DNA from: Escherichia phage vB_Eco_ZCEC15
Direction: 5' to 3' (one strand)
Length of the DNA: 64,000 bases
Sequence record: PQ871103.1
Shown: in pieces, positions 1 through 10,594 of the stretch
Layout of the letters: the number at the start of each line of letters is the position of its first letter
How positions within the stretch are numbered: the first letter of the stretch is position 1
Notes under the pieces: model-generated
The model's input: the letters and a program-made list of their open reading frames with translations, nothing else
Database searches by the model: none
Told to the model about the DNA's origin: nothing
Translations under genes and position numbers: made by a program

Positions 1-29
1 CAAGATTTCGGCTATTATTAAGAGGACTT

Positions 30-3000
30 ATGGCTACTTTAAAACAAATACAATTTAAAAGAAGCAAAACTGCAGGTCAACGTCCTGCTGCTTCAGTATT
101 AGCCGAAGGTGAATTGGCTATAAACTTAAAAGATAAAACAATTTTCACAAAAGATGACTCAGGTAGTGTTATAGAATTAGGTTTAAAATATGGAGGAACT
201 ATAAATGGGTCTTTAGAGGTTACAGAAAATATAACTGGAACTTTAATTGGAAATTCTAGCACAGCTACTAAATTGCAAACACCTAGGAAAATTAATGGTA
301 TATCTTTTGATGGGTCAAAGGACATTACCTTAACTCCATCTGACATAAATGTCAATAGCACAACATTTATAAAAAATAATGGCGAATTACCTACTGATGC
401 TAATTTAGATACGTATGGGCCCATTGAAGAATATCTTGGTGTTTGGTCGAAATCTACTTCAACAAATGCGCAACCAGCAAATAAATTCCCAGAAGAAAAT
501 GCCGTAGGTGTACTAGAAGTATTTGTGGCTGGTCAATTTGCTGGCACTCAGCGTTATACTGTTCGGTCTGGTAACGTTTATATTCGTTCCTTATCTGCTA
601 AATGGAATGGCGTAGATGGTCCGTGGGGTGTGTGGCGTAATGTTCAAGCGTCAACTCGTCCACTTTCACAAACGATTGACCTTGATAGCTTGGGAGAATT
701 AGAACATTGTGGCTTATGGCGAAACAGTTCAAGCGCAATCGCATCATTTGATCGCCATTATCCAGAAGAAGGAACAGCCGCACAAGGATTTTTAGAAATA
801 TTTGAAGGTGGTTTATACACGAGAACGCAGCGTTATACTACCCGCATGGGTATGGTTTATACTCGTTGTCTCGCTGCTGCATGGGATGCTAGTGCACCTA
901 AGTGGGAGGAATGGAAGCAGGTTGGTCATGGCACACCAGCGACTTTCTATGATGGAGATCTGAATGATTTTAAAACTCCCGGGTTATATAATATTTTAGG
1001 CACTGATGCCGTTATTAACTGTCCTACAGGTGAAGGTTTGCCGACTGTTATTGTTGGTTTGCTGGAAGTTAAACAGCGTGCTTCTGGCGGTGCTATTTTC
1101 CAACGTTTCACTACCGCAGGAACGGGTGCAACTACTCGCGATCGTATTTTTGAGCGTGCATATACTGGTGGTGCGTGGGGTGCATGGAACGAAGTATATA
1201 CATCTTATTCTCTGCCAATTACTTTGGGTATGGGTGGTATTAAAGCTCAATTAGCGGAGTTAGATTGGCAAACCTTTGATTTTGTCCCTGGTAGTATGTT
1301 TAGCGTTCCTTTGAATAAAATAAAGAACATGCCAGCAAATATGAATTGGGGGACGATTGATGGAAACCTGGTTATGTTTTCCGTTGGTCCTAGCGAACAC
1401 ACTAGCACAGGACGTACTGTTCAGGTTTGGCGTGGTACTGTATCCCAGACAAACTACCGTTATTTTGTCGTTCGTGTGTTCGGTAATTCTGGAAATAGAA
1501 CTTGCACAGTCCGCCGTGTTGTTCTTGAAGATGGTCGCCACACATGGACAGCTCAACAAGATTTTAGGGGCGCGGTTAATCTTTACGGTGCTACATATCT
1601 TCGTTCAAACAATAAATTGATATTAGATCCGGGTGCATATATTCAAGCCCCTGCTAGCGGTTCTGGTTCTAATACTTACGCAAATCAGAATACTACCATT
1701 GCGCCGTTATATCAGGCCATTGACGATTCAAATAAAAACCAGTTTGCGCCAATTGTTAAACAGAAAAACACTGTAACAAATATTACTATGGCTTCTGGTA
1801 TGGATATTGCTAGTTCAGAATATCGTATCGTTGCTCAGGGTGATTTATCCGCTACTGGAACTACAGCCACTGAATTAGCTACATGGCGTTTCTTGCCGTC
1901 TGGCCGATTCATGTCACAAAGCCGAGTTTACGCTGGAGCAGCATTCCTTAATACCGATGGTAATATTGCTGGTTCTATCTGGAAGAAATATAATAATGCA
2001 ACCAATTTAGACGCTGCTTTGAATACTCGCGTGGGTAAAGGCGGTGATATTATGACCGGACGCTTGACAATTCAAAGCCCAGGTGATTCTATTGTATTAT
2101 CAGCACCTGCTAGTAATTCTTTGCATATTCGTGGTGACGTAGACGGGACTGGTAACTGGTATATAGGCAAAGGCGGCGATAATGGTCTAGGTTTTTATAG
2201 TTACATTACACAAGGCGGTGTATACATAACAAATAACGGCGAAATATCGCTTTCTCCTCAAGGTCAAGGAACATTTAATTTTAATAGAGACCGCCTTCAT
2301 ATAAACGGTACACAATGGGTTGCGCATAAATCTGGCGCCTTTGGTGACCAATGGGGTTTAGAAGCTCCGATATTTGTAGATTTTGGATCCGTCAGCAATG
2401 ACTGCTATTATCCTATTATTAAAGGAAAATCTGGTATTACTAACGAAGGATATTTTTCCGGCGTAGATTTTGGTATGCGACGCACTACTAATAACTGGGC
2501 GCAAGGTATTATTCGTGTAGGTAACCAGGAAAATGGTTCTGACCCGCAAGCTGTATATGAATTCCACTATAATGGAACTCTGTTTGTTCCTAACATGGTT
2601 CAAACTGGAGCAAGATTATCAGCTGGCGGTGGTGACCCGGTGTGGACTGGGCCATGTCTTGTTATTGGTGATAATGATACTGGTTTAGTCCATGGCGGTG
2701 ATGGCCGAATCAATATGGTTGCCAATGGTGTTCATATTGCTTCATGGTCATCTGCTTCTCATCTCCATGAAGGTCTTTGGGATACTACTGGTGCTTTGTG
2801 GACTGAGCAAGGAAGAGCTATTATTTCTTTTGGTCATTTAATCCAACAGAGTGATGCATATTCAACGTTTGTCCGTGATGTTTATGTCCGTTCTGATATT
2901 CGCGTTAAAAAAGACCTCGTTAAATTTGAAAATGCTTCTCAGAAGCTTTCTAAAATTAACGGTTACACTTATATGCAGAAGCGAGGCCTGGATGAGGAAG

Positions 3001-3227
3001 GTAATCAGAAATGGGAACCTAACGCCGGTTTAATTGCTCAAGAAGTTCAAGCTATTTTACCAGAATTAGTTGAAGGTGACCCTGATGGTGAAGCTTTACT
3101 TCGTTTGAACTATAACGGTGTAATTGGTTTAAATACAGCTGCAATCAATGAGCATACCGCAGAAATTGCAGAACTTAAATCAGAAATCGAAGAACTTAAA
3201 GCATTAGTTAAATCATTGTTAAAATAA
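30..3227 (+). CDS. 37: long tail fiber distal subunit gp37 with C-terminal intramolecular-chaperone-like domain
   Basis: 1065-aa ORF, ATG at 30 after AAGAGGA; N-terminus [29 protein letters not shown] matches remembered T-even gp37; C-terminal [17 protein letters not shown] plus coiled coil resembles auto-cleaving tail-fiber chaperone modules. Confidence 0.9.
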   Translation: MATLKQIQFKRSKTAGQRPAASVLAEGELAINLKDKTIFTKDDSGSVIELGLKYGGTINGSLEVTENITGTLIGNSSTATKLQTPRKINGISFDGSKDITLTPSDINVNSTTFIKNNGELPTDANLDTYGPIEEYLGVWSKSTSTNAQPANKFPEENAVGVLEVFVAGQFAGTQRYTVRSGNVYIRSLSAKWNGVDGPWGVWRNVQASTRPLSQTIDLDSLGELEHCGLWRNSSSAIASFDRHYPEEGTAAQGFLEIFEGGLYTRTQRYTTRMGMVYTRCLAAAWDASAPKWEEWKQVGHGTPATFYDGDLNDFKTPGLYNILGTDAVINCPTGEGLPTVIVGLLEVKQRASGGAIFQRFTTAGTGATTRDRIFERAYTGGAWGAWNEVYTSYSLPITLGMGGIKAQLAELDWQTFDFVPGSMFSVPLNKIKNMPANMNWGTIDGNLVMFSVGPSEHTSTGRTVQVWRGTVSQTNYRYFVVRVFGNSGNRTCTVRRVVLEDGRHTWTAQQDFRGAVNLYGATYLRSNNKLILDPGAYIQAPASGSGSNTYANQNTTIAPLYQAIDDSNKNQFAPIVKQKNTVTNITMASGMDIASSEYRIVAQGDLSATGTTATELATWRFLPSGRFMSQSRVYAGAAFLNTDGNIAGSIWKKYNNATNLDAALNTRVGKGGDIMTGRLTIQSPGDSIVLSAPASNSLHIRGDVDGTGNWYIGKGGDNGLGFYSYITQGGVYITNNGEISLSPQGQGTFNFNRDRLHINGTQWVAHKSGAFGDQWGLEAPIFVDFGSVSNDCYYPIIKGKSGITNEGYFSGVDFGMRRTTNNWAQGIIRVGNQENGSDPQAVYEFHYNGTLFVPNMVQTGARLSAGGGDPVWTGPCLVIGDNDTGLVHGGDGRINMVANGVHIASWSSASHLHEGLWDTTGALWTEQGRAIISFGHLIQQSDAYSTFVRDVYVRSDIRVKKDLVKFENASQKLSKINGYTYMQKRGLDEEGNQKWEPNAGLIAQEVQAILPELVEGDPDGEALLRLNYNGVIGLNTAAINEHTAEIAELKSEIEELKALVKSLLK

Positions 3228-3231
3228 TAAG

Positions 3232-3249
3232 AGGGGCTTCGGCCCCTTG
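3232..3249 (+). other. GC-rich UUCG-tetraloop RNA hairpin between genes 37 and 38
   Basis: GAGGGGC TTCG GCCCCTT directly after gp37 stop and before the gp38 SD; no U-run, so probably a stability or coupling element rather than a terminator. Confidence 0.4.
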
Positions 3250-3258
3250 GAGGTTTAT

Positions 3259-4035
3259 ATGGCAGTAACAGGACCGTGGGTAGGATCGTCTGCAGTAGTT
3301 AATACAGGACAAAATTGGATGGGTGGCGCGGCCCAACGATTAAGAATGGGTGCTCCATTTTGGATGAGTAATATGATAGGTCGATCTGTTGAAATAATTC
3401 ACACGCTTGGAGCAGACCATAACTTCAATGGTCAATGGTTCCGAGATAGATGTTTTGAGGCAGGTAGTGCACCTATAGTGTTTAATATCACTGGAGATTT
3501 AGTATCATATTCTAAAGATGTTCCTTTATTCTTCATGTACGGAGATACACCGAATGAATATGTTCAGTTGAACATACATGGTGTAACGATGTATGGCCGT
3601 GGCGGGAATGGCGGTAGCAATAGTCCTGGCTCAGCTGGGGGTCATTGTATTCAAAATGATATTGGTGGGAGACTAAGAATTAATAATGGCGGAGCTATTG
3701 CTGGCGGCGGCGGCGGTGGCGGCGGCGGGTATTATTCTCCTTTTTCACAAATGAGATTGACCTTTGGCGGTGGCGGCGGTCGTCCGTTTGGCGCACCGGG
3801 CGGATCTATTGATATGCAATCAGGAGCAACTGCTGGTACTATTTCTGCGCCAGGCGCAGGGTCTGTGAACGGTATCTACAACGGCGGGTCTGGTGGTGAA
3901 GTTGGCTCCGCAGGAGGTAGATGTAATATTCGTGGTCAAGGATATGAATACGATGGCGGAGCTGCTGGTTATGCCGTCATAGGGTCTACACCGACATGGC
4001 AAAACGTTGGAGCAATATATGGTCCAAGAGTATAA
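3259..4035 (+). CDS. 38: tail fiber adhesin gp38 (T2-type, glycine-rich motifs)
   Basis: ATG at 3259 with GGAGG 5 nt upstream (ORF-track start 3247 is TTG); N-terminal [13 protein letters not shown]; C-terminal poly-Gly blocks [11 protein letters not shown] and [14 protein letters not shown] separated by variable segments. Confidence 0.85.
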   Translation: MAVTGPWVGSSAVVNTGQNWMGGAAQRLRMGAPFWMSNMIGRSVEIIHTLGADHNFNGQWFRDRCFEAGSAPIVFNITGDLVSYSKDVPLFFMYGDTPNEYVQLNIHGVTMYGRGGNGGSNSPGSAGGHCIQNDIGGRLRINNGGAIAGGGGGGGGGYYSPFSQMRLTFGGGGGRPFGAPGGSIDMQSGATAGTISAPGAGSVNGIYNGGSGGEVGSAGGRCNIRGQGYEYDGGAAGYAVIGSTPTWQNVGAIYGPRV

Positions 4036-4041
4036 TTTTTG

Positions 4042-4049
4042 AATAAATA
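4042..4049 (+). promoter_or_regulatory. possible late promoter for holin t (AATAAATA, one mismatch to TATAAATA)
   Basis: AATAAATA about 19 nt upstream of the t start codon, followed by AAAAGGAGGG SD. Confidence 0.3.
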
Positions 4050-4067
4050 TCCTTAAAAGGAGGGTCT

Positions 4068-4724
4068 ATGGCAGCACCTAGAATATCATTTTCGCCCTCT
4101 GATATTCTGTTTGGTGTTCTAGATCGCTTGTTCAAAGATAATGCTACCGGGGAAGTTCTTGCTTCCAGGGTAGCTGTCGTAATTCTTTTGTTTATAATGG
4201 CGATTGTTTGGTATAGGGGAGATAGTTTCTTTGAGTACTATAAGCAATCAAAGTATGAAACATACAGTGAAATTATTGAAAAGGAAAGAAATGCACGCTT
4301 TGAATCTGTCGCCCTGGAACAACTCCAGATAGTTCATATATCATCTGAGGCAGACTTTAGTGCGGTGTATTCTTTCCGCCCTAAAAACTTAAACTATTTT
4401 GTTGATATTATAGCATACGAAGGAAAACTACCTTCAACAATAAGTGAAAAATCACTTGGAGGATATCCTGTTGATAAAACTATGGATGAATATGCAGTTC
4501 ATTTAAATGGACGTCATTATTATTCCAACTCAAAATTTGCTTTTTTACCAACTAAAAAGCCTACTCCCGAAATAAATTACATGTACAGTTGTCCATATTT
4601 TAATTTGGATAATATCTATGCTGGAACAATAACCATGTACTGGTATAGAAATGATCATATAAGTAATGACCGCCTTGAATCAATATGTGCTCAGGCGGCC
4701 AGAATATTAGGAAGGGCTAAATAA
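4068..4724 (+). CDS. t: holin (lysis timing, lysis inhibition)
   Basis: 218 aa; MAAPRISFSPSDILFGVLDRLFKDNATG..AQAARILGRAK is essentially the remembered T4 holin T; strong SD AAGGAGGG. Confidence 0.95.
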   Translation: MAAPRISFSPSDILFGVLDRLFKDNATGEVLASRVAVVILLFIMAIVWYRGDSFFEYYKQSKYETYSEIIEKERNARFESVALEQLQIVHISSEADFSAVYSFRPKNLNYFVDIIAYEGKLPSTISEKSLGGYPVDKTMDEYAVHLNGRHYYSNSKFAFLPTKKPTPEINYMYSCPYFNLDNIYAGTITMYWYRNDHISNDRLESICAQAARILGRAK

Positions 4725-4997
4725 TTATTTGTTCGTATACATCTCTAGATATCGATATACACCCTCAAAACCCTCGTTGAATTCGTCAATGAGGGTTTTC
4801 TTATCTTCTTGAGTTAATTCAGAAACAATTTTACGGAATGAATTCTGATTTAACTTTCTACCTTCATGCGTTACTCCAATCTCATTCAGAAATGCAATAA
4901 AATTAGCGCGATTCTCAACAATATCTTCTCTGGAAAATTTAATCAAAATAGACGCAACAGTAATAATTTCACGAACTGTATCAATATTTTTATTCAT
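4725..4997 (-). CDS. asiA: anti-sigma70 protein AsiA
   Basis: 90 aa MNKNIDTVREIITVASILIKFSREDIVENRANFIAFLNEIG.. matches remembered T4 AsiA; convergent with t, stop codons adjacent. Confidence 0.9.
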   Translation of the reverse strand: MNKNIDTVREIITVASILIKFSREDIVENRANFIAFLNEIGVTHEGRKLNQNSFRKIVSELTQEDKKTLIDEFNEGFEGVYRYLEMYTNK

Positions 4998-5158
4998 TAA
5001 CTATACCACTCAATTAGTTGACTTTGCTATAATATCATCAGACGTTTGATTTGTAAACTGGTCTGTGGTATTTTCTTCAAAAATTTTTTCTACGAATTCC
5101 TTGAACGACTTACGTTCCTGAGCTACATTATGCTCGATTACTTTTTCAAGATTATGAC

Positions 5159-5437
5159 TCATTCGAAATAATCTTCAATTTCATAATCAAGGACATAAAT
5201 CATTATAGTTTTTAATACATCATCAATACTTTTTCCTGGAGCTGGAATTACGTAAAAATATCCTGCTTTTGAGAGGTCTTTATAAGTTCCAACCAAGAAA
5301 TCATTATTCTCAAGATGCAGTTCTTCAACTAATTCATTAACAATTGAGTGGTATAAATTTGGTAGAAACTTATATAGCTTTTCTAGAATATCAATTTTGA
5401 TTGTGTATTGAACCACAGATTGAGAATCAATAATCAT
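5159..5437 (-). CDS. arn: anti-restriction nuclease Arn (McrBC inhibitor)
   Basis: 92 aa acidic protein at the T4 arn position between asiA and motA. Confidence 0.7.
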   Translation of the reverse strand: MIIDSQSVVQYTIKIDILEKLYKFLPNLYHSIVNELVEELHLENNDFLVGTYKDLSKAGYFYVIPAPGKSIDDVLKTIMIYVLDYEIEDYFE

Positions 5438-5514
5438 AGACCTTCCCCTTATGTTTCTGTTTGCGATTAGATTCTTTAAACGCTTTCTTCTTATCCTTAT
5501 GGACAGAAGCTTTA

Positions 5515-5739
5515 TTAAAATTGTGTTTTGCGACTAAATTGTTCATAGTGCTGAATTACCTCTCTCAAACACTTGCATGTGAATGAAAACTTTTTAGCTA
5601 CACCACATTCAAATATATGTTCTCTTAAATCACGTGTGTCAGTATATCCCATCTCAACAATAAAATGTCTTATTAGATTTTTATCTTTATCATTGAGAGA
5701 ATTAAAATAATCGGATTTTGAATTAATTTCCCTGGCCAA
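5515..5739 (-). CDS. hypothetical protein (arn.x-like), Cys-containing 74 aa
   Basis: ORF in minus-strand early operon; 4 nt-scale overlap with the next ORF suggests coupling; start not verified. Confidence 0.5.
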   Translation of the reverse strand: MAREINSKSDYFNSLNDKDKNLIRHFIVEMGYTDTRDLREHIFECGVAKKFSFTCKCLREVIQHYEQFSRKTQF

Positions 5740-6019
5740 ATTGAATCACCTTCAGTTGACGTTTTAGTTCTTTTATCATTTCTTCGTTCATCGCAATATA
5801 AAGATCGCGTAAAGCAGGTTTTAGCATTCCATTTACTGGAGAACTAAATGGACATACATAATCTTTTCCTACGAGCTTTTTGGTGAATTCCATATCACAG
5901 AACTGAAATGCCGGTTCATTGGCATAAATTCCCCAATTAGATGACATCATTTTATTGGCATATTCCAACGCCTGGATTTGATTCTTAATTCCATCAATTT
6001 GAAACTTTTTAATATTCAT
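5723..6019 (-). CDS. hypothetical protein 98 aa
   Basis: ORF in same operon, overlaps neighbours by a few nt. Confidence 0.5.
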   Translation of the reverse strand: MNIKKFQIDGIKNQIQALEYANKMMSSNWGIYANEPAFQFCDMEFTKKLVGKDYVCPFSSPVNGMLKPALRDLYIAMNEEMIKELKRQLKVIQFGQGN

Positions 6020-6480
6020 TAGTAAAGGTCCTCAGAGTAAAGTTCTTTTTCACTACCACCGCGTTCAATACGTACTTGTCCGGCGTAAGTTGCAATAATC
6101 ATTGCTTCTTCGCGTGTCCAGTAATTGCTATACTGATCAATAAACCCTTGGTCATCATCACAAACTTGCTGAGTAACTAATTGAGGTTTAACTACATCTA
6201 AAACTTCTGCCATATCTTTAGAATAATGACGAGCACCTGGAATAACAAGAGTTCGTCCATCTTTTAATTTAAAACGGTTGGCGGCACAAACAATTCGTCG
6301 TTGATACTTTTGGTTTTCATCCCAGTATGCGGTCTGCCAACAGATTTCAGGAACTTCTTTCAGAATATCTTCTTCTGTGCATTTATAACCATGCGCTTTA
6401 AATTTTTCAACAAGACTTTCTGGAGTTTCACGACATAAAGGAACATTCAGCATTTTTAAACGATTAATAAATGGGTTCAT
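6019..6480 (-). CDS. hypothetical protein 153 aa
   Basis: ORF with stop overlapping the downstream start; no recognisable motif. Confidence 0.5.
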   Translation of the reverse strand: MNPFINRLKMLNVPLCRETPESLVEKFKAHGYKCTEEDILKEVPEICWQTAYWDENQKYQRRIVCAANRFKLKDGRTLVIPGARHYSKDMAEVLDVVKPQLVTQQVCDDDQGFIDQYSNYWTREEAMIIATYAGQVRIERGGSEKELYSEDLY

Positions 6481-6806
6481 TTAAACCATCCTTTAATACG
6501 CTGCCACAAAGTTTTCTGTTGAGCTTTGTTAACACCAATTGAGCGAATAACTGGTTGAGATTCCTGGAATTCTTTATAATCAGCAAGGTAAATTTCGTAA
6601 GCTGAATCCATAAAGGAACTTATAGCTGCCATGAAATTATTGCGAATACCTACTGGAGCATCTTTACTTTCACGAATAATCATGTATTTACCAGTCTTAA
6701 TCTTTACGATAGTTCCAAGATAAGCTCCATGGTACCAGATGTCCCAACCCTCTTGAGTAGGTTCTACACAACGACGAAGTTCATTGACAATTTCTAACTT
6801 GTTCAT
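6477..6806 (-). CDS. hypothetical protein 109 aa
   Basis: ORF immediately downstream of motA, ATGA-type overlap with the next ORF. Confidence 0.5.
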   Translation of the reverse strand: MNKLEIVNELRRCVEPTQEGWDIWYHGAYLGTIVKIKTGKYMIIRESKDAPVGIRNNFMAAISSFMDSAYEIYLADYKEFQESQPVIRSIGVNKAQQKTLWQRIKGWFK

Positions 6807-6816
6807 TATTTATTCC

Positions 6817-7452
6817 TCACAGTTCAGATGCTACAGTGATTACAGCTTCAATGTTTTCTGCCGAGCGTTTAATGTCAAGATACACATTACCGTTTTTAGC
6901 GATTTTACATGACATTCCGATATCAGTAAATTTCTGAATATGATGTTCCATCATTTTGTATCCAAAAATTCGCATATTTCCATTATTGTTAATTTCAAAA
7001 TTACGAATTCCGTGAGTGCGTTTTTCTAAAATGGCAAGATAATTACTACGATAAGTTTCAACCTTTTTAAGAACAAATCCATTTTCATCTAAAAGTTTTA
7101 ACATGAGGTCTTTATCTTCTTCCATATCAGAAGTAATCTCACGAGCTTTACGAGTTGCTCGTTTTTTCAGTAGTTCAGGAGCATTTTCCTGTGCATATAA
7201 AGTTGCTGCATTTGAAATAATATCCTGAGCTTCTCCTGTAATGATTAATCCATCACCAGATTTCTCCACCAGGCCTTTTTTAATCAATACCCCAATATTA
7301 CTATTAACTACTGCGTTACCTAAATCTGGATGCACCTCACGAACTTCTGCGGCTGTAATGAAATCTTTCTTAGCAATGGTAATTAAAATCGCAGCAGTTT
7401 TTTCATTCAGAACATCGTTAGAAGCTTTGATGATGTAAGTTACTTTAGACAT
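6817..7452 (-). CDS. motA: middle-promoter transcription activator MotA
   Basis: 211 aa, MSKVTYIIKASNDVLNEKTAAILITIAKKDFITAAEVREVHPDLGNAVVNS.. matches remembered T4 MotA. Confidence 0.9.
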   Translation of the reverse strand: MSKVTYIIKASNDVLNEKTAAILITIAKKDFITAAEVREVHPDLGNAVVNSNIGVLIKKGLVEKSGDGLIITGEAQDIISNAATLYAQENAPELLKKRATRKAREITSDMEEDKDLMLKLLDENGFVLKKVETYRSNYLAILEKRTHGIRNFEINNNGNMRIFGYKMMEHHIQKFTDIGMSCKIAKNGNVYLDIKRSAENIEAVITVASEL

Positions 7453-7489
7453 TTTAATCTCCGTTTCAGTTCATTTATTTGATAGGTCT

Positions 7490-7518
7490 ATAGTATCATG
7501 TTTAAAGCAGAAGTAAAC
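7490..7518 (-). promoter_or_regulatory. early promoter upstream of motA
   Basis: minus strand GTTTAC, 17-bp spacer, TACTAT; about 30 nt upstream of motA ATG. Confidence 0.6.
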
Positions 7519-7557
7519 ACTTTTTTGCACTCTTTTTCAAGAGCTCTAATAAAGTAC

Positions 7558-7785
7558 TTACTTAATGTTCAGATTACGAACTTCGATTTCGTCTTCATGG
7601 GCAAAATCAAACTGTTTGAATTCTGTGTCACCTTTAAATTTAAAAATCATTGTGAAGAAAGTCAGAACACCAGGTTTTTCTTCACGAACTCCACAGATGT
7701 CATATTCAATACCATCTACAACCAGTTTGTTAGCAGTCAGAGCATTTTTAGCTTTAACGATTTCGTTTTCGATTTTAAATTTCAT
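7558..7785 (-). CDS. hypothetical protein 75 aa (motA.1 position)
   Basis: ORF between motA and 52, preceded by a degenerate copy of the motA promoter-proximal block. Confidence 0.5.
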   Translation of the reverse strand: MKFKIENEIVKAKNALTANKLVVDGIEYDICGVREEKPGVLTFFTMIFKFKGDTEFKQFDFAHEDEIEVRNLNIK

Positions 7786-7880
7786 TTTTGTATCTCCGGG
7801 TTGTTTGTTTCAGTTCATTTATTTGATAGTTGTATAGTACCACAGTATGCTTTGGGGGAGAGCCTCGGCTCTCCCTAAAA

Positions 7881-8030
7881 TTACTGCATGACTGTGATAA
7901 CTGTCATGATAACACGTTGAATTCCGAACGCAAGAAGACCTCCTGCTACGGCAGGAACAACACCTAAACCCGCCAGTAAAATGCCACCAGATACTAATGC
8001 AGCGCTTGTAATACCTATGAATGGACTCAT
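7881..8030 (-). CDS. small hydrophobic membrane peptide (49 aa)
   Basis: own translation MSPFIGITSAALVSGGILLAGLGVVPAVAGG..; ATG overlaps gene 52 stop (ATGA); below the ORF-track size cutoff. Confidence 0.4.
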   Translation of the reverse strand: MSPFIGITSAALVSGGILLAGLGVVPAVAGGLLAFGIQRVIMTVITVMQ

Positions 8031-9355
8031 TTGATTTCCTCTAAATCTTTGGTGTATTCTGTAACTACATCAGTAGTTTTCCAATATTCGTTTTCTTCTT
8101 TTTTAGCTTTAGCTTCTTCAGCAAGTTTCTTTGCTTCGTCGGAAGTCATATGAAAAATATTCATTCCAACTAGTTTATCAACATAAGAAGAATACATATC
8201 AATTTTAGAAAGTTCTTCGGTCAGTTCTTTGCGAGTTTTACCTTGTACAACAATTTCACCTGAAATTACTTTCTTAATGAAATGCGCCTTGGCAAAGGCT
8301 AAACGAAATGCTGATTCAGTTTCTTTGATTTTGTTATCAATTCGTTTTTGGACATAAGTTTTACGAACTTCAACGAAGTCTTTGATTAAATCAACTACGT
8401 TATCGTAAACTTGTAGTTTTCCTTTCTCATTAATAACGGTAATATTCTGGGAACGACGCTCAATCAACCCGAAGTCTTTCATAATTTTTGCATGGCGTTC
8501 TTCTTCGTTATCGCTCAAGGAATATTCTTTACGGAATTTAACTTTGAAGCCAAAACCATGCTCACCACAAGCATCATCCCATGTAATGAAGCCTTTATCT
8601 TCAAGCGGGTCTAAGATTTTACTCACATAAGTTTCACGATCATACTTATACGGAATCTCAGTGATATGCATTTGAGTTCGTGAAGTAAACTTGTACGTTC
8701 CACGAATTTCATATTGACCGTCAATTTCAACGACTTCACCGCGAAATTCTGGAAATTCTACCTTCGGTTTAGTTACTTTCTTTCCTTGAAGAGCTTGCAA
8801 TACAGCTTTCTTGACAGAAGAAACACTATGAGGAAGAATATAAGTTGCATAACCAGTTGCAATACCGGAAACACCATTAAGAAGAACAGTAGGAATAATA
8901 GGCAAATAGAAAGCAGGCGGAATGTGTTCTTTATCTTGATGTACCGGAGCATATTCAGTATCTTTATATACGCTATAGAAATTTTTACTTACACGAGCAA
9001 AAATATAACGACTTGCCGCTGCTTTTTGAACGGTACGAGAACCAAAGTTTCCTTGACCATCTAACAGAGGAAAGTTATTATTCCAAGTATTAGCCATCAA
9101 AGCACCTGCGTCTTGTGCAGAGTTTTCACCATGATGATATCCAAAGTCTGCTACACCACCTGCAATAGAAGCGAGTTTGTGAAACTTATCTTTATTTCCT
9201 CGTGCCAAATCAAGAGCTCGAGCAATAACAAATCGTTGAACTGGCTTAAATCCATCAATCATATTTGGGATAGCACGATTTTCAACCGTGTACATAGCAT
9301 AAGCCAATGCTTCGTTATCAATGATACTTTTTAAATCGCGATTATTCAGTTGCAT
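8027..9355 (-). CDS. 52: DNA topoisomerase II medium subunit gp52
   Basis: 442 aa, MQLNNRDLKSIIDNEALAYAMYTVENRAIPNMIDGFKPVQRFV.. GyrA-like, matches remembered T4 gp52. Confidence 0.9.
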   Translation of the reverse strand: MQLNNRDLKSIIDNEALAYAMYTVENRAIPNMIDGFKPVQRFVIARALDLARGNKDKFHKLASIAGGVADFGYHHGENSAQDAGALMANTWNNNFPLLDGQGNFGSRTVQKAAASRYIFARVSKNFYSVYKDTEYAPVHQDKEHIPPAFYLPIIPTVLLNGVSGIATGYATYILPHSVSSVKKAVLQALQGKKVTKPKVEFPEFRGEVVEIDGQYEIRGTYKFTSRTQMHITEIPYKYDRETYVSKILDPLEDKGFITWDDACGEHGFGFKVKFRKEYSLSDNEEERHAKIMKDFGLIERRSQNITVINEKGKLQVYDNVVDLIKDFVEVRKTYVQKRIDNKIKETESAFRLAFAKAHFIKKVISGEIVVQGKTRKELTEELSKIDMYSSYVDKLVGMNIFHMTSDEAKKLAEEAKAKKEENEYWKTTDVVTEYTKDLEEIK

Positions 9356-9359
9356 AAAT

Positions 9360-9500
9360 TTACCATACTAGTGAATGTAGTGCCATAATAACATCAGAAA
9401 TGAAAAGCACGACTTGAATTAATCCGAACATTACTCCATAATATAGTGCTACCAATAAAGTAGCAAGGGCTAATGAATAGCCCAAGATTTTCTTAATCAT
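9360..9500 (-). CDS. small hydrophobic peptide (46 aa)
   Basis: own translation [31 protein letters not shown]..; at the T4 ac/52.1 position; speculative. Confidence 0.35.
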   Translation of the reverse strand: MIKKILGYSLALATLLVALYYGVMFGLIQVVLFISDVIMALHSLVW

Positions 9501-9651
9501 TAGTAGATAACAACACAAATGTTAAATATGCACACATACCCTGAGATAAAGCTTGTGAAAACACGCTGTTAGCATCGGTGCAGATAGTTAAAACACATGC
9601 TACTATCCAACAAATCATTGAAATAATTCCAATAATTTTCGTAATATTCAT
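9499..9651 (-). CDS. small hydrophobic peptide (50 aa)
   Basis: own translation [26 protein letters not shown]..; SD GAGGAGAATATT upstream; speculative. Confidence 0.35.
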
Positions 9652-9746
9652 AATATTCTCCTCGATTGTTTTTAAAACCTAAAACACCGAAATTTTTAAG
9701 ATTGTTACGATAGAACTGCATCACATGTTCGTTATGGAAATTACTC
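9567..9746 (-). CDS. stp: Stp-like peptide (suppressor of three-prime phosphatase), extended form
   Basis: own translation; first 18 aa [18 protein letters not shown] match remembered T4 Stp, but the frame continues to 59 codons and overlaps the next small ORF. Confidence 0.45.
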
Positions 9747-9747
9747 A

Positions 9748-10203
9748 TTAGTATACCTGCAAAACAAATTTAAAGTTATCAGCCAACATACGGTTCATTT
9801 CTTCAAGTGTTTGATACTCAGAATGATGATTACGAGTAAACGCTAAAGCTAACTGACCTTTTCCAAATCCAGTCGTTAGAGGTTTCATCTTAGAAGCAGG
9901 CAAATAAAATACTGTGTATGGAACATTATTATTTGCAATAGTACGCGCAAGCTGAGACCGACGTTGACGAATATGACTTAGAACTGCACTGAACCCTTGC
10001 TTAGAACGCTGATTACCTACATAAAATCGCGCAGATACACATGGACTATCAAATGGACCACCAAATTTGCTCACTAAAAAGTAAAATCCAGGTTTAGACA
10101 AAATGTCTTTATGTGGAGTTCCAAAAACCCATTCACCGCCCTTGATTGTACCAATAACAGTTGCGCCTGCATTATTCAGATCAGTAACAGTCATGTATTT
10201 CAT
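9748..10203 (-). CDS. ndd: nucleoid disruption protein Ndd
   Basis: 151 aa from [18 protein letters not shown] with GAGGAAA SD; ORF-track upstream extension to 10251 rejected. Confidence 0.8.
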   Translation of the reverse strand: MKYMTVTDLNNAGATVIGTIKGGEWVFGTPHKDILSKPGFYFLVSKFGGPFDSPCVSARFYVGNQRSKQGFSAVLSHIRQRRSQLARTIANNNVPYTVFYLPASKMKPLTTGFGKGQLALAFTRNHHSEYQTLEEMNRMLADNFKFVLQVY

Positions 10204-10263
10204 ATTAATTTCCTCTAAATTATTTTCTACTCCAAGGCCGCATGAATACACACGGCCGATAAA

Positions 10264-10479
10264 TTAATCGTCGCAGTCGACGCTCAATTCCCAAAACTCT
10301 TCTACGGTATATGTTTCAGTATCATTTTCAATACAGAAACGTTTATTACTGTTGTTTTCTAAAGTAGCGTTAACTGTCATTTTCTCGCTAGTGCTCTTAA
10401 GAGGTGAAATACGAATTAACTGATCACCATTATCTAAACAAAAAATTTCACCAACTTTTACATCTTTAAAAATTTTCAT
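10264..10479 (-). CDS. hypothetical protein 71 aa
   Basis: ORF in ndd-denB interval. Confidence 0.45.
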   Translation of the reverse strand: MKIFKDVKVGEIFCLDNGDQLIRISPLKSTSEKMTVNATLENNSNKRFCIENDTETYTVEEFWELSVDCDD

Positions 10480-10594
10480 AATTCACCTCAAGGAGTATAA
10501 AATCCGAATGCAGTTGTTGACCATCCCATCCAATACGGAAAATTTGCACCAATGTAAAACATGAGAATATAAAACCAACCGCTCAGCAAATTCA

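Noticed and set aside
3690-3790. GGC/GGT triplet run resembling a simple-sequence repeat
   Set aside because: It is in frame inside gp38 and encodes the polyglycine motifs of the adhesin
7498-7878. Plus-strand ORFs of 90-126 codons between motA and gene 52
   Set aside because: Antisense to a minus-strand ORF and promoter region, no SD, low-complexity translation
9748-10251. 167-codon version of ndd from the ORF track
   Set aside because: The upstream 16 codons lack an SD; the ATG at 10203 has GAGGAAA and gives the 151 aa expected for Ndd
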